A stretch of 64,000 nucleotides of DNA from an uncultured virus (IMG/VR IMGVR_UViG_3300003321_000657) (lineage: Duplodnaviria; Heunggongvirae; Uroviricota; Caudoviricetes), in IMG/VR virus record IMGVR_UViG_3300003321_000657; one strand, given 5' to 3'. The notes under the pieces were generated by a model. It worked only from the letters and a program-made list of their open reading frames with translations, was not told the DNA's origin and did not search any database. A program made the translations under genes and the position numbers. Shown here piece after piece: positions 41,944 to 52,348 of the stretch; the first letter of the stretch is position 1; every line of letters begins with the position of its first letter.

Positions 41944-43677
41944 ATGAACGGAATCAACAAGATCAAGGCGGCGCTCACCGCGCTCCAGCCGATCATTGTC
42001 GTCAACACGACGGAACCAGTGCGCTTCCGGGACTTATTTTTGTTCCCGGCCGTACAGGCGGCGAAATGCTTCAAGAAGTGGGAGATCCGCCGCGTCACGC
42101 GTATCACACCCACAACGGCAAAGCGCTGGGTCGAGGACGGTAAGGCGTCAGAACACATGTGGCAGAACGCCGTCGATCTCAAGACCATCGCCGACTATCC
42201 CACGGACTGGTATTCACAGATCGTTGAAATGAAGGAGTCTGTGATCACGCCAGAGGGCGAGCGGTTCTACACACCGGCCGACATCAAAGCGAAGATCGCT
42301 TCAAATGTCACGCTGGCGCCATGCCCGGAGCTGCTGTGGCTAGAGAACTTCGAGCACATCATCAACCCGGGCGACCGGCAGGAGATCGCCATCATCGACA
42401 TGCTGCGTGAAGCGGCCGTCGAATTCCAGTCCAAGGCGTTCAAGAATATCCTGCTGGTGGGCACAGCCTTGAAGGTTCCGGATATCCTGCGGCCGTTCAC
42501 GGAAGTGATTGAGCTACCCCTGCCGGATGAGAAGGAAATCGAGAAATTGACTGCCGATCTATTGGCAGCCTACAAAGATAAGAAGCTCAAAGTTGAACCT
42601 AAATTCGTGAAACGTTTTGTGAAGAATGCGGCCGGTCTCACGGAATTTGAAGTTACACAGGCATGGTCGAACGCTGTCGCCTTGCACAATCAGATCGACG
42701 AGAATGCGGCGCTGGTGGCGCAGGCTAGAAAGCAGCAGAAAGCCAAGCAGTCCGGCGTGTTAGAGGTGAGGCCGGTCAATCGAACGCTTGACAGTGTTGG
42801 TGGACTACAGAACGTAAAAGGATACGTCGACAGTATTAAGTCGATCCTTCTCGCGCCGGAAGCAGCGAAGAAGTACGGCCTCCGAGTCCCATCGGGCATG
42901 CTGCTTGCAGGCGTTCCCGGCTCTGGAAAGTCGCTCTCGTGTGAGGCTATAGCTGGAACACTTGGTATTGGATTGTGCCGGTTCAGTTTGGGCGCGCTGA
43001 TGGATCGCTGGGTCGGCAGTAGCGAACAGAATATCAAGCAGTCGTTTCAGATGATCGAAGCGATTGCTCCAGTTGTCTGCCAGATCGACGAGATCGAAAA
43101 GATGATTGCATCTGACGGAGCGGGTCACGCCACATTTCAGATTTGCAAGGGAATGCTGCTGACATGGATGGAAGAGAGGCCACCGGGGATCTTCATTGTG
43201 GCTACATGCAATGCTCTGGACGCCTTTGACACACAGCAGAATAACGCGTTGATCAGAGCGCGAAGACTTGACCGTATCTACTTCGTTGACCTACCCGGAC
43301 GCAAAGCACGCGAAGAAATATTCAAGATTCACTTGGAAGCGACTGGACACGCGATCCCAGTCGAAAAGCTTCGTAGTGCAGAAGTTATTGAAGCGTCCAG
43401 AGGATTCAACGGAGCCGAAATAGAGACTGTAGTTCAGGCAGCATTAGCAATCTCATTCCAGAAAGGTCTGGAGCATCCAGACGAGAACATTTTGCGCGAG
43501 TGTGCGCGGCAGTTTAAGCCTCAGAGTATAACGATGCAGAAGTCAATTGAAGATCTCCGTAGCTGGGTGAAGAGCGGACGCGCCGATTCAGCCGGAGACG
43601 GAGTAGAGGACGCTCCGAGCGGAGGAACGGTAGTCAAGACCGGAAAAGGTCTAGAGAGATTTGCGGAGAGCAACTGA
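41944..43677 (+). CDS. Ycf46-like AAA+ ATPase
   Basis: VGGLQNVK, Walker A GVPGSGKS, WVGSSEQN, Walker B IDEIEK, ATCN, FNGAEIE; degenerate N-terminal domain. Confidence 0.85.
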   Translation: MNGINKIKAALTALQPIIVVNTTEPVRFRDLFLFPAVQAAKCFKKWEIRRVTRITPTTAKRWVEDGKASEHMWQNAVDLKTIADYPTDWYSQIVEMKESVITPEGERFYTPADIKAKIASNVTLAPCPELLWLENFEHIINPGDRQEIAIIDMLREAAVEFQSKAFKNILLVGTALKVPDILRPFTEVIELPLPDEKEIEKLTADLLAAYKDKKLKVEPKFVKRFVKNAAGLTEFEVTQAWSNAVALHNQIDENAALVAQARKQQKAKQSGVLEVRPVNRTLDSVGGLQNVKGYVDSIKSILLAPEAAKKYGLRVPSGMLLAGVPGSGKSLSCEAIAGTLGIGLCRFSLGALMDRWVGSSEQNIKQSFQMIEAIAPVVCQIDEIEKMIASDGAGHATFQICKGMLLTWMEERPPGIFIVATCNALDAFDTQQNNALIRARRLDRIYFVDLPGRKAREEIFKIHLEATGHAIPVEKLRSAEVIEASRGFNGAEIETVVQAALAISFQKGLEHPDENILRECARQFKPQSITMQKSIEDLRSWVKSGRADSAGDGVEDAPSGGTVVKTGKGLERFAESN

Positions 43678-44349
43678 ATGAATGCCAAGCCAATACCCTC
43701 AATGAACAACGTTGAAGTCAATCGTTTCAAAAGTTATGTCATGTCCGGAGGCATAAACGAATGCTGGCTGTGGAGTGGCTCGCTGAGTCCGCAGGCATAC
43801 GGACAGTTCAAACTCAGAGGTCTGATGTATCGATCGCATAGGGTAGCGTATAGACTGCATTACCGCATTGATCCAAAAGATCTTGACGTTTGCCATGACT
43901 GCGACAATCCGCCATGCTGCAATCCGCACCACCTTTTCCTAGGAACTCAGGCTGACAATAAGGCCGACTGCGTTAAAAAGTCGCGCCAAGCGCGCGGCGA
44001 AAGAGTGTCCACGGCAAAACTGACAGTTCAGGACGTTATCAACATTCGTAAACTATACGCAAATCGAGCGGCCTCGATTAAGAAGATTGCTCGCATGTAC
44101 GGCCGTAAGTTTTCTACGATTCAGAAGATCACGAGCAAGCGTAGCTGGAAGCATGTTGGCGGACCAATTACGCGATGGAACAAACGCAGCGGATTCGTGA
44201 CCTGCAAGTTTTCCGATGATGAGGTGCGAAAGATTCGTCAGTTGCACAAAGACGGGGCGAGTCGATCGTCAATGTCGCGAATGTTCGAATGCAGTCGATC
44301 GACAATTCGGAGGATTGTGACGCGTGAGTCCTACGCCAATGTAATTTAA
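43678..44349 (+). CDS. HNH homing endonuclease with HTH-like tail repeats
   Basis: CWLWSG...YG...HRVAY...HDCDNPPCCNPHHLFLGTQADN; KLTVQDV and KFSDDEV repeats. Confidence 0.88.
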   Translation: MNAKPIPSMNNVEVNRFKSYVMSGGINECWLWSGSLSPQAYGQFKLRGLMYRSHRVAYRLHYRIDPKDLDVCHDCDNPPCCNPHHLFLGTQADNKADCVKKSRQARGERVSTAKLTVQDVINIRKLYANRAASIKKIARMYGRKFSTIQKITSKRSWKHVGGPITRWNKRSGFVTCKFSDDEVRKIRQLHKDGASRSSMSRMFECSRSTIRRIVTRESYANVI

Positions 44350-44400
44350 AAACGTTTTCAAAAATCGGGGGAGTGTGGATACATTCAAGGGAGGGCTGAT

Positions 44401-45486
44401 GTGCTAAGCGAGGGCGATGTGGGGGTCACAAACATGAGTAAGCAACTCGGTTGGATCTTTCTAGTGAGTGGGCTAGAGTCTCATCTGGTCCACAATGTTC
44501 GAGCGGCCGCAAGCCGCGCCGGAATTCCGGAAGAGTACGTGAAGGAGATCCGCGACTTTAACGCGGTCAAGCGCGCGATCCGGCAACTGGTCGATCAGGG
44601 TATCGCCGAGAACCTCATCGAAGACTCGGGCGAATCGATCCTGCGCGACAAGATCAAGGAGACCGACGAAAAGATGTCGTTCCAGCTCAGCGGCCGGTGG
44701 CTGGAGAAAAACGGCATCCGCTACGAGCGCGAATGTGTGATCACATTCCACAAGGACTCCGGCAAATTGGAGTGCGATCACCGGGAGATCAAACGCGCGC
44801 TGCAAGGACTGCTGGAGCAGGCGAGGCTTACATGCAGCACGACGGACATCCATAAAGTTGTCTACAAGCTCTGCGACGCCAACTTCAAGCGGCTGATGCT
44901 CAAAGACGGCGTGTACTTCTGCGCCAAGCAGCACAAGGCTACACTCGATAAAGTGAAAACATTCTACAAGCACCTTGGCGGTCGCTTCTGGTGTCAGCCC
45001 ATCGGTCACGATGATGACGATGAAAAGAATCTGGCTGAGACCATCATCGACGACATGAAAGAGCACGTCTTCGAGCTCAAGAAGAAAATGGATGAGCTCA
45101 AGAAGAACGAGAAGCGTAAAGGCATTACGCCGCTGATCGCCAAGAACGCCATGGAAGATCTGCGCATGGCCGTCATTCAGTACAGAGACTTGGCTGACTC
45201 GATCCGCATCAACGCCGACAAGCTCTTCCGCGAGGCCGGGCAGGCTGGAGAAGTGCTGGCGATGGCGGAGAATAGCTCGCAGGCGCTGATTATGATGGCG
45301 AAGAAGGGCCGGACGGTCGCGCCGTTCCTGCACGAGCTGGCCAAGGCTGCTGAAGCTGAAGCGCCGGAAGTCATCATCCAGCGGCCACAGCGACCAGTGG
45401 TAAAGATCTCGAATGCCAAGGGTGATCGCCGCGTGGGCAAGCGTATTATACCTGTGGTTCCGCACAGAAGAGGAGCGGCGGTCTGA
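44401..45486 (+). CDS. Hypothetical protein (DUF3150/DUF6744-like)
   Basis: DGVYF motif followed by coiled coil; sits in the Ycf46-type module. Confidence 0.5.
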   Translation: MLSEGDVGVTNMSKQLGWIFLVSGLESHLVHNVRAAASRAGIPEEYVKEIRDFNAVKRAIRQLVDQGIAENLIEDSGESILRDKIKETDEKMSFQLSGRWLEKNGIRYERECVITFHKDSGKLECDHREIKRALQGLLEQARLTCSTTDIHKVVYKLCDANFKRLMLKDGVYFCAKQHKATLDKVKTFYKHLGGRFWCQPIGHDDDDEKNLAETIIDDMKEHVFELKKKMDELKKNEKRKGITPLIAKNAMEDLRMAVIQYRDLADSIRINADKLFREAGQAGEVLAMAENSSQALIMMAKKGRTVAPFLHELAKAAEAEAPEVIIQRPQRPVVKISNAKGDRRVGKRIIPVVPHRRGAAV

Positions 45487-45692
45487 TGTTGATCCGAAGC
45501 GCAAAGGATGCGCGCGCCTGCATCGGCAAGAAGGTTTACTGGACCGTGCGGTGTCGAGGCGTATTAGTCAAATACGAAAGCGGAGTCCTGACTGAGGTGA
45601 AAGGCAGGAACCTCATGATCGGCGGCGACTGGAAATGGCGACCGGATCTGTGGGAGCTGCGTGATACACAGCAACCAGACTAGGAGAGTGTC

Positions 45693-46034
45693 ATGAAGAA
45701 GATCTTGTTTGCAGCGCTATTGTTGGCGTCATCCGCCTTTGCGGCCGACTTCAATCCAGTCGGAGAGTACAAGTACACGGAGTACGGAAAGGAACTGCCG
45801 CAGAAGTGCGAATTCTACGCTGGCGGCACGTGCCTGTACCAGAAAGAGACGTGGAACTGGAAGGCTGACGGCGACAAGTACGAGCTGCGCCACAAGAACG
45901 CGCACGGTAAAGACATCGTCGAGACATTCAAGCGCGAAGGAAACTCCCTGCGCCTCACCCACATCAACGGCGGCAAGGTGGATAACGCCGACAATGTCGT
46001 GCTGGTGAAGAAGGAAGGAGACGACCACAAGTGA
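45693..46034 (+). CDS. Secreted hypothetical protein
   Basis: Signal peptide MKKILFAALLLASSAFA. Confidence 0.75.
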   Translation: MKKILFAALLLASSAFAADFNPVGEYKYTEYGKELPQKCEFYAGGTCLYQKETWNWKADGDKYELRHKNAHGKDIVETFKREGNSLRLTHINGGKVDNADNVVLVKKEGDDHK

Positions 46035-46480
46035 GCCACTACGTTCAACTTTTGTCTGCCTACACGGATAAAACGCGCTGCGTCGAAGCCTTGGTGGCGA
46101 CCGGAGTCCCGCGGGAACATATCGAAGTTCACGAGGTGGCGCAGCCGCTGATCGACTACCGTGGCAACCCCACGCATTACCGCTATCAGGACGCCAACGA
46201 CGCGCGCTTTAAGCTGGGCGACAAGGCGCACATCATCATCCGGCGCCGCAACGTGGGCGGAGCAGCCAACGACGTCGGCATCTACGTCGATCCGGAAGGC
46301 AAGTCGGTCGTCTTCATCTCCGAACACGAGCGCCGCTGTTCGAAGTTCAATGACCGATGGTCGAAGCAAGTTCGCATGCAATACGACGCGCTCATGATGG
46401 AAGCGAAGGCTAAGGCGCTCGGGAAACCGTTCCAGAAGATCGTAAAGGGGAACAAGATTTATACGGCGATAGGAGTGTGA
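46031..46480 (+). CDS. DUF1257 (Ycf35-like) protein, copy 1
   Basis: MSHY...LIDYRG...AHIIIRR...ANDVG...Y. Confidence 0.7.
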   Translation: MSHYVQLLSAYTDKTRCVEALVATGVPREHIEVHEVAQPLIDYRGNPTHYRYQDANDARFKLGDKAHIIIRRRNVGGAANDVGIYVDPEGKSVVFISEHERRCSKFNDRWSKQVRMQYDALMMEAKAKALGKPFQKIVKGNKIYTAIGV

Positions 46481-46722
46481 AGATGAGAAAAACTCAATGG
46501 AACACATACGCCACTTATGGATACACCCATGATGTCGCCAATGATGTTCCCTCTCAGGGCGGAGTACATCTCCACCAGATTCGCAAGACTCAAACCGGAT
46601 GGCAGAAACGAATCTGTCAGTCCAACGGAAAGCATAAAGCTTACAGCCCGGTGACTCTGATTGACGAAGCTGCCGGAGAAGCGCGATACGCAGCCGCAGC
46701 GCAACAATAGTAGGAGTGTGAA

Positions 46723-47181
46723 ATGAGCCATTTTACCACGATGAAGAGCGCTTACACCTCGCGTGAGGCGCTGAGAACGGCGCTGACGCGCTGCGGCGTA
46801 CCGGCATCAGCGATCGCCGTCAGCACCAATGGACCGATGGTCATGACCGGCTACGGCGGTCGCAAAGATCGCAATGCGCACGTCATCGTCATGGGTAACG
46901 CGCAAGGCAATACGGAGCCGCGCTATGGAGCCACGGATCGAATCGTGCGCCTCTGCTCCGACGTCGGCTTCGTCGTCGGCGAGAAGTCGGAAGTGATCTA
47001 CGACGACTATCACTGGCCGTCAGAGGAGCTGCGCGGCAGCGAGCCCACGGCAATATCGTGGCTCAAGCGTGTGCGTATGGAGTACGACGCCGAAATGATG
47101 AAGGCGAAAGCGGCCGCGCTCGGCAAGCCATTCCAGCGCATCGAAAAGAACGGTAGAATTTACGCGGCAATAGGAGTGTGA
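46723..47181 (+). CDS. DUF1257 (Ycf35-like) protein, copy 2
   Basis: MSHF...GYGG...AHVIV...SDVGF; C-terminus very similar to copy 1. Confidence 0.7.
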   Translation: MSHFTTMKSAYTSREALRTALTRCGVPASAIAVSTNGPMVMTGYGGRKDRNAHVIVMGNAQGNTEPRYGATDRIVRLCSDVGFVVGEKSEVIYDDYHWPSEELRGSEPTAISWLKRVRMEYDAEMMKAKAAALGKPFQRIEKNGRIYAAIGV

Positions 47182-47374
47182 CGATGCCAAAGAAACTGAC
47201 TCCGCGTCAGGCTCTGCGCGATATTAAGTTACTGCTCGGATCTGCAACGATAAATGACGATATCGACAGATCTAAAGAAGGATGGAGAGACAAACTGTGG
47301 AAAAGATATCACATGCAAGATGCGGCCATCAGATGCTTGCTGGAGGTGATTAGGAAATGCGAAAAGCTGGAGAA

Positions 47375-47695
47375 ATGCAAAAAGTCTATTGCATCGACGA
47401 AGACGGAATCCACGGCCTCTGGGACGACGACATCTGTGTAGGACTTGGACAAGCCAAGATCCAGCGCGCATCGGACGTCGAACCGACCGAAGACGGGAAG
47501 TGGATCGTCCGACTGAAGATCCAGAAGGAATTCAGTCCGTCGCGCGGAGACGTCTTTATCGCCGACGATCTATCTGGAAACTGCGATTTGACGTTTGATC
47601 GAACTCAGGCGCGCAAGTTTGACCGGCGCGACGATGCGATCAAGGAAGAGATCCGATACTTGAACGATTATATCCTGCGTGGAGGAAAGCTGTGA
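47375..47695 (+). CDS. Small protein of a type seen beside DUF1257/DUF2997 modules
   Basis: LGQAKIQRASDVEPTEDGKW...FDRRDDAIKEEIRYL. Confidence 0.55.
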   Translation: MQKVYCIDEDGIHGLWDDDICVGLGQAKIQRASDVEPTEDGKWIVRLKIQKEFSPSRGDVFIADDLSGNCDLTFDRTQARKFDRRDDAIKEEIRYLNDYILRGGKL

Positions 47696-48462
47696 GACAG
47701 ATAACGTGGAAGTACTCAGTGATCACACTTCCGCATACCACACAACCGGCCGAGTGGGATAGATTATTGAATCACTGGTCGCTTGAGCTGGGATGGGAGC
47801 TGGTGACGATTGTCTCCGTTGGAGAAGTCGCCCGCGCGATCTTCAAAAAGAAAGCAAAGCGAGGTGATAAATGATGTCGGCCGAAGACGCGAAAAAAGAG
47901 CAGCGCCGCAAGCTGGTGCAGCAGGCGCTATCAGACACAATTCTGGGATGCAAAACTGACGATGAATTTGAACCTGTCGTAATATCGATCCAGTCTGGAA
48001 TGGTTCAGCTTGCATCGCTTGGCGACACGCGCGCGGTAAAATTCATGGCGAGATTTGCTGACCGGCTCAAGGAGTTGGGAGTCAATACGCCGCCCAACGT
48101 TCAGAGAATCATCGACAAGTACAAGGAGGCACCGAAAACATGAGGCGATCATGGATGAATATTGCGACATGCTGGCCGGGACAGGAAGGACCGCTGCTAT
48201 TGAGGCTTCGTGAGAAATTTCCTCAGCACTCATTCAAGCTTGGAAAACGCGGTGTTTTCGCGCCAGACATGAGAAACATCGAAATACGAAAGGTTATGGG
48301 TCTCATGCCGCTTCCACATCCGAACGACACGGCAAAAGAGGTCGTAGTCTGGGCTCACAACTGGCTCGATACCGATGAGGCTAAGAAATACTCGAAGTAC
48401 TACAAAGGAAAAGGTGATCCGGAGATCGAGGCTCTTGTTAAGAGATTTAAGGAGATGAATCC

Positions 48463-48675
48463 ATGAAAAACATGCCAGACTTTAACCCGGCATTCGGAAA
48501 GAAATTCATCGTGGCCGAGATCAGCGAAGACAGCACGATCATCGAAGCCATCGGCTTTGGCGATAAGACGTGTCACGCGGCCACCAAGCCATACGAAGAC
48601 GCGCTGGGCGGCACGGTGATTGAGAAGAAGGAAAAGCCGCCCGAAGCCGGTGCGAGCGTGAAAGTCTCTGTGTAG
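48463..48675 (+). CDS. DUF2997-like protein
   Basis: EAIGFGDKTCHAATKPYEDALG...KP. Confidence 0.7.
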   Translation: MKNMPDFNPAFGKKFIVAEISEDSTIIEAIGFGDKTCHAATKPYEDALGGTVIEKKEKPPEAGASVKVSV

Positions 48676-48680
48676 TTTTG

Positions 48681-48790
48681 TTCCGGTCGGCCACCATTGC
48701 TAGGTGACCCGTGAGAGCTTCGCGGCCGACCTCACGTCCCAAGCCACTGACCCGGTGGCGATCCACGGGAGGGTTAACTCAAACTCGGAA
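48681..48790 (+). ncRNA. Candidate pseudoknotted cis-regulatory RNA
   Basis: GGTCGGCC 48685-92 / GGCCGACC 48724-31 crossed by CGTGAG 48710-15 / CTCACG 48731-36; further stems downstream. Confidence 0.45.
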
Positions 48791-48801
48791 TGACGCGACC
48801 A

Positions 48802-49821
48802 ATGAGCGAACCAGAATGGAATGTGGACTATACGACGTACGATGCTGTGAAAAGGTCAGTGAAGATGTCTGAATCTGCCGTAGAGGATACTGGGTTCAAC
48901 GAAGCTCCGCTTCATTCTTACGAAGCATTCTATAGCTATCTGATTTCTGATAAGTTCATAGCCAACGAATCGTTAGACAATAACATATCTCACGACTTCG
49001 CGGAATATCTCTATCATCGGACCGGCCGACCGCGATGGTATATTGATTCCGATCTGTACGATCTACTTAAAACAGCAAAGATCGACACTGATATCAGTAA
49101 CATTCCGTTTACGCACGACTCATTTTCAATAATCTTTCAGCGCGATCAACTGGTTTCTGGCTTGCCATTGAAGTGCATTCGGGCGACATGGGCTCGGTCT
49201 CAGCAATCGCTAGATCTGCTCAGACACTTGTTTGTGCACAACTTGACAGATCAAGTTTTCAATTTGATGAGAAGCACGATTGTAATCCAAGTTCGAATTG
49301 GAGTGGACGACCTCGAAGGCATTCATGCGATGTTCAGCACTCAGCTTGCAAGTGAGATAGGACTATGCGTTGGATGCGTGAGAGACCCGAGTCGGGAGGA
49401 GTATCATTTATCTGCTGATACTCTTGCTGCATGTGAGCGCAAGTTTGGTAGTCGATTCGGACTCGGCGCAGTACAAAAAACAATCGCCGAGGCTGTCAAG
49501 ATTGTATGTTCAGCGATGCTGTATCAGGCCGCGCGTCCTGACCTCTTTGTCCCGTACACTCTCCCAAGAAGTCAGCGCTATAGGGTTCAAGGAGATCGTG
49601 AAAAGATTACGCGCGTTAGACTTCCGGGAGTTGGAGTAAAAAGGATTTACGACAGGACTGCTGTCGCAGCAGAAGCTTTCGGCCGCACGATGCCGCCACA
49701 CTACCGCGGCTGGGTCCTGCGCACTCTCCGAGATCCAAGATTCAAACGAAATCCTGATGGGACTGTGCGCGTAATTCTTGTCGAGCCGTGCGCTATCCAT
49801 CCTGAATTAATGGAGGGTTAA
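48802..49821 (+). CDS. Hypothetical protein, visibly lower GC
   Basis: About 340 aa; C-terminal PPHYRGW motif. Confidence 0.7.
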   Translation: MSEPEWNVDYTTYDAVKRSVKMSESAVEDTGFNEAPLHSYEAFYSYLISDKFIANESLDNNISHDFAEYLYHRTGRPRWYIDSDLYDLLKTAKIDTDISNIPFTHDSFSIIFQRDQLVSGLPLKCIRATWARSQQSLDLLRHLFVHNLTDQVFNLMRSTIVIQVRIGVDDLEGIHAMFSTQLASEIGLCVGCVRDPSREEYHLSADTLAACERKFGSRFGLGAVQKTIAEAVKIVCSAMLYQAARPDLFVPYTLPRSQRYRVQGDREKITRVRLPGVGVKRIYDRTAVAAEAFGRTMPPHYRGWVLRTLRDPRFKRNPDGTVRVILVEPCAIHPELMEG

Positions 49822-49823
49822 AA

Positions 49824-51335
49824 TTGGACTCAGTAGAAAAGGCTGAGATCAGCGCGGCCTGCGGTCGCATGCTGAAGAAATACGATATGGAAGCGCTGGT
49901 GACCGCGTTTCCGTCGCTGAAACGCCGCGGTACGCGCTGGAACACAGGCAGTTGCGGCGGAGAAAACTGCAACAATTTTCGCAAGGCCATGCGCGGCATG
50001 TCGCATGGCGAGCTGTGCGCCGCGCAGTTTTGTCTGTCGGTCTGGAATCACTTTGATTTCGGAAAGAAGTTTAACATGCAGGAAGCGTGCGGCGTATGGG
50101 ACGCCGAGCACCGGGCGGTGCTCATCGAATGGTTGATGGACCCGTGGTGGATGTAAACATGCTGACCAAGACCGAGATTCAGGCCGTCATCTGCATGCGC
50201 GTTCGCGCGATCGAACAGTCATGCAACGGCTATTTCCACAATCATGTCGATGGACAGATCGTGGGATTGCTGGCAGCGTTGACTGGAGAGGTGCATCCAG
50301 TCAATTCGTACTCTACATCGGCAGAGATTTTGAGGGCCGCGGGCATCAAGTTCGAGGAAAAGAATGGCCGCTGTGTCGTGCCTGACGAAGAAATGGTGCG
50401 ACTTGGATTCTTAACTGACAAGTTTGATTACGTGAAGTCGGATAGGACGATCTTCAAATCATGGTAGGAGGAGTCATGGCAAAAACGAAGTTGGAAATCA
50501 TGTTGCCGGATGGCATGGCGTCCCTGAGCGAGAAGGAGCACTTGGAGCTGCTCGAATGCATCGCACAGCGGATGGAGAAGGCGGAACGCAAGTTTAAACA
50601 GACCGACGACGATCACGACATGGCGGATCTGTTCGAACTACAGTTGCTCTACCATACGATCGACGTCGATCCGAAGCGATCGAAGGCTATGACACGCGAT
50701 CTGGCCAAGCTGCCGGGCATCATCGCCGAGATCCGCGCTACGCCGCGCGTTCCGTGCCTGCGTATCGTCAAGCCAAAGGCGGCGAAAAAGATGGTGCGCC
50801 GTGTCGCGCGCCGATCCTGCTGACAGTAAACTTATCGCCGGTTCGGCGATCCGGAGGGTTCATGAAATACGCTCTAATTCTACTGTGTCTGTGTTCGGCA
50901 GCACTCGGCTCTGATGAGGTGGTGGTCACTATTACCGATCCGCGGCCGGTGGTCTTGGATCTGACGATCTTCGTTCAGTCTCCGGTGAAACCGCACGCAG
51001 GGCTGGCTGACGGGTTTGTTTTCGTCAACACAGACCACTGGGGAGACGCTGCTAAGCGCATGGCAAGATCGGCCATGGTTGGCGTGCCGGAGACTCCATG
51101 CGGACATCTACACCTGTACCGCGTCTTCCCGGGAACTGAGTTTACCGATCAGCTCCTGCTCTACCCGGAATTCAAATCGTTCATGCATTGCGTGGTCGAC
51201 GTGGCCACCGGTAAAATCGACAGCGTAGACTTCTACATCAACCGCCGCCGCTCAAAGCTGTCTGAGATCAAAGCGCTGGTCGTGCGCATGCGCGCCGAAC
51301 TGGGGATACCGCTCATCGATAAGAAAGGACACTGA
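49824..51335 (+). CDS. Four small hypothetical genes (49824-50156, 50159-50467, 50476-50823, 50862-51335); the last has a signal peptide
   Basis: RBSs; ORF track. Confidence 0.6.
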
Positions 51336-52306
51336 TGCCGAAGATCTGCTACACGCCAAAGGAATTCAATCCAGAACGCACCAACATCATCACGAAAGCC
51401 AACTCCATCATCGCCCAGTTCGCACAGGCCGGGTACGACCTGACGTTGCGTCAGCTTTACTACCAGTTCGTCAGACGTAACTGGTTCCCGAATACGTGGG
51501 CAGATCCGAAGACTGGTTCGACCAACAACGAGCGCAGCTATAAAAAGCTCGGCAGCATCATCAATGATGCGCGCTTGGCTGGTCTAGTAGACTGGAGCTC
51601 GATCGAAGATCGAACGCGCAACCTTCAATTGCTGCCACACTGGGAGACTATAGAGGAAATTATCGACTCTATTTCGAAGCAGTACCGCTGCGATCTGTGG
51701 GTTGACCAGCCGATCTATTGCGAAGTCTGGGTGGAAAAAGACGCTCTGCTCGGAGTGATTGCACGCGTAGCCAACCGGTTCGACGTTCCATACTTCTCAT
51801 GCCGTGGATACACCAGCCAATCGGAGATGTGGGGAGCTGCGCAGCGTCTGATCGAACACGCAGAGAACGGACAGGCTACACGCATTATCCACCTCGGCGA
51901 TCACGACCCCAGCGGCAAGGATATGTCGAGAGACATCACAGACCGCATCAAGCTTTTTATGGAGTACCATGACGTCGTACCTGTGGACGTCGATCGCATC
52001 GCTCTCAACATGGACCAGATCGACGAGTTTAAGCCGCCGCCGAATCCCGCAAAAGTGACCGACAGCCGTGCGTCAGGCTACATCGCTGAATTTGGCAATG
52101 AATCATGGGAGTTGGACGCACTTGAGCCTGACGTACTGGACAACCTCATCTCGAACGCTATCGAAAGCTGTATCGAAGAGCCTAACAAGTTCGAAGCACG
52201 CCGGGCTCTTGTCGCACAAGGCCGCGAGCTGCTCAAGAAGACGTCGAAGCGCTGGGCCGAGGTCGTCAAGCTGGTGTCTAAAGAAAAGAAAGGAGGTAAG
52301 GAGTGA
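51335..52306 (+). CDS. Topoisomerase VI-A/Spo11-like (Mini-A type) WHD plus TOPRIM protein
   Basis: LTLRQLYYQ catalytic-Tyr motif; VWVEKD; RGY; LGDHDPSG (DxD); WELDAL. Confidence 0.75.
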   Translation: MPKICYTPKEFNPERTNIITKANSIIAQFAQAGYDLTLRQLYYQFVRRNWFPNTWADPKTGSTNNERSYKKLGSIINDARLAGLVDWSSIEDRTRNLQLLPHWETIEEIIDSISKQYRCDLWVDQPIYCEVWVEKDALLGVIARVANRFDVPYFSCRGYTSQSEMWGAAQRLIEHAENGQATRIIHLGDHDPSGKDMSRDITDRIKLFMEYHDVVPVDVDRIALNMDQIDEFKPPPNPAKVTDSRASGYIAEFGNESWELDALEPDVLDNLISNAIESCIEEPNKFEARRALVAQGRELLKKTSKRWAEVVKLVSKEKKGGKE

Positions 52307-52348
52307 AGGAGTGAAGGAGTGAAGGAGTGAAGGAGTGAAGGAGTGAAG
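52298..52348 (+). repeat. Tandem repeat (AAGGAGTG)x6 plus AAG
   Basis: Read directly; units start at 52298, 52306, 52314, 52322, 52330 and 52338. Confidence 0.97.

Noticed and set aside
44473..45504. Long antisense or alternate-frame ORFs (also 15052-16038, 57162-58100, 57098-57844)
   Set aside because: They shadow better-supported genes, lack RBS or motifs, and are expected in GC-rich DNA.
48681..48790. HDV-like (theta) ribozyme assignment
   Set aside because: Could not place P1.1, P3/L3 and the catalytic C in the required order; kept only as an unassigned structured RNA.
52298..52348. CRISPR array
   Set aside because: 8-bp units with no spacers. I saw no repeat-spacer array or cas gene in the window.
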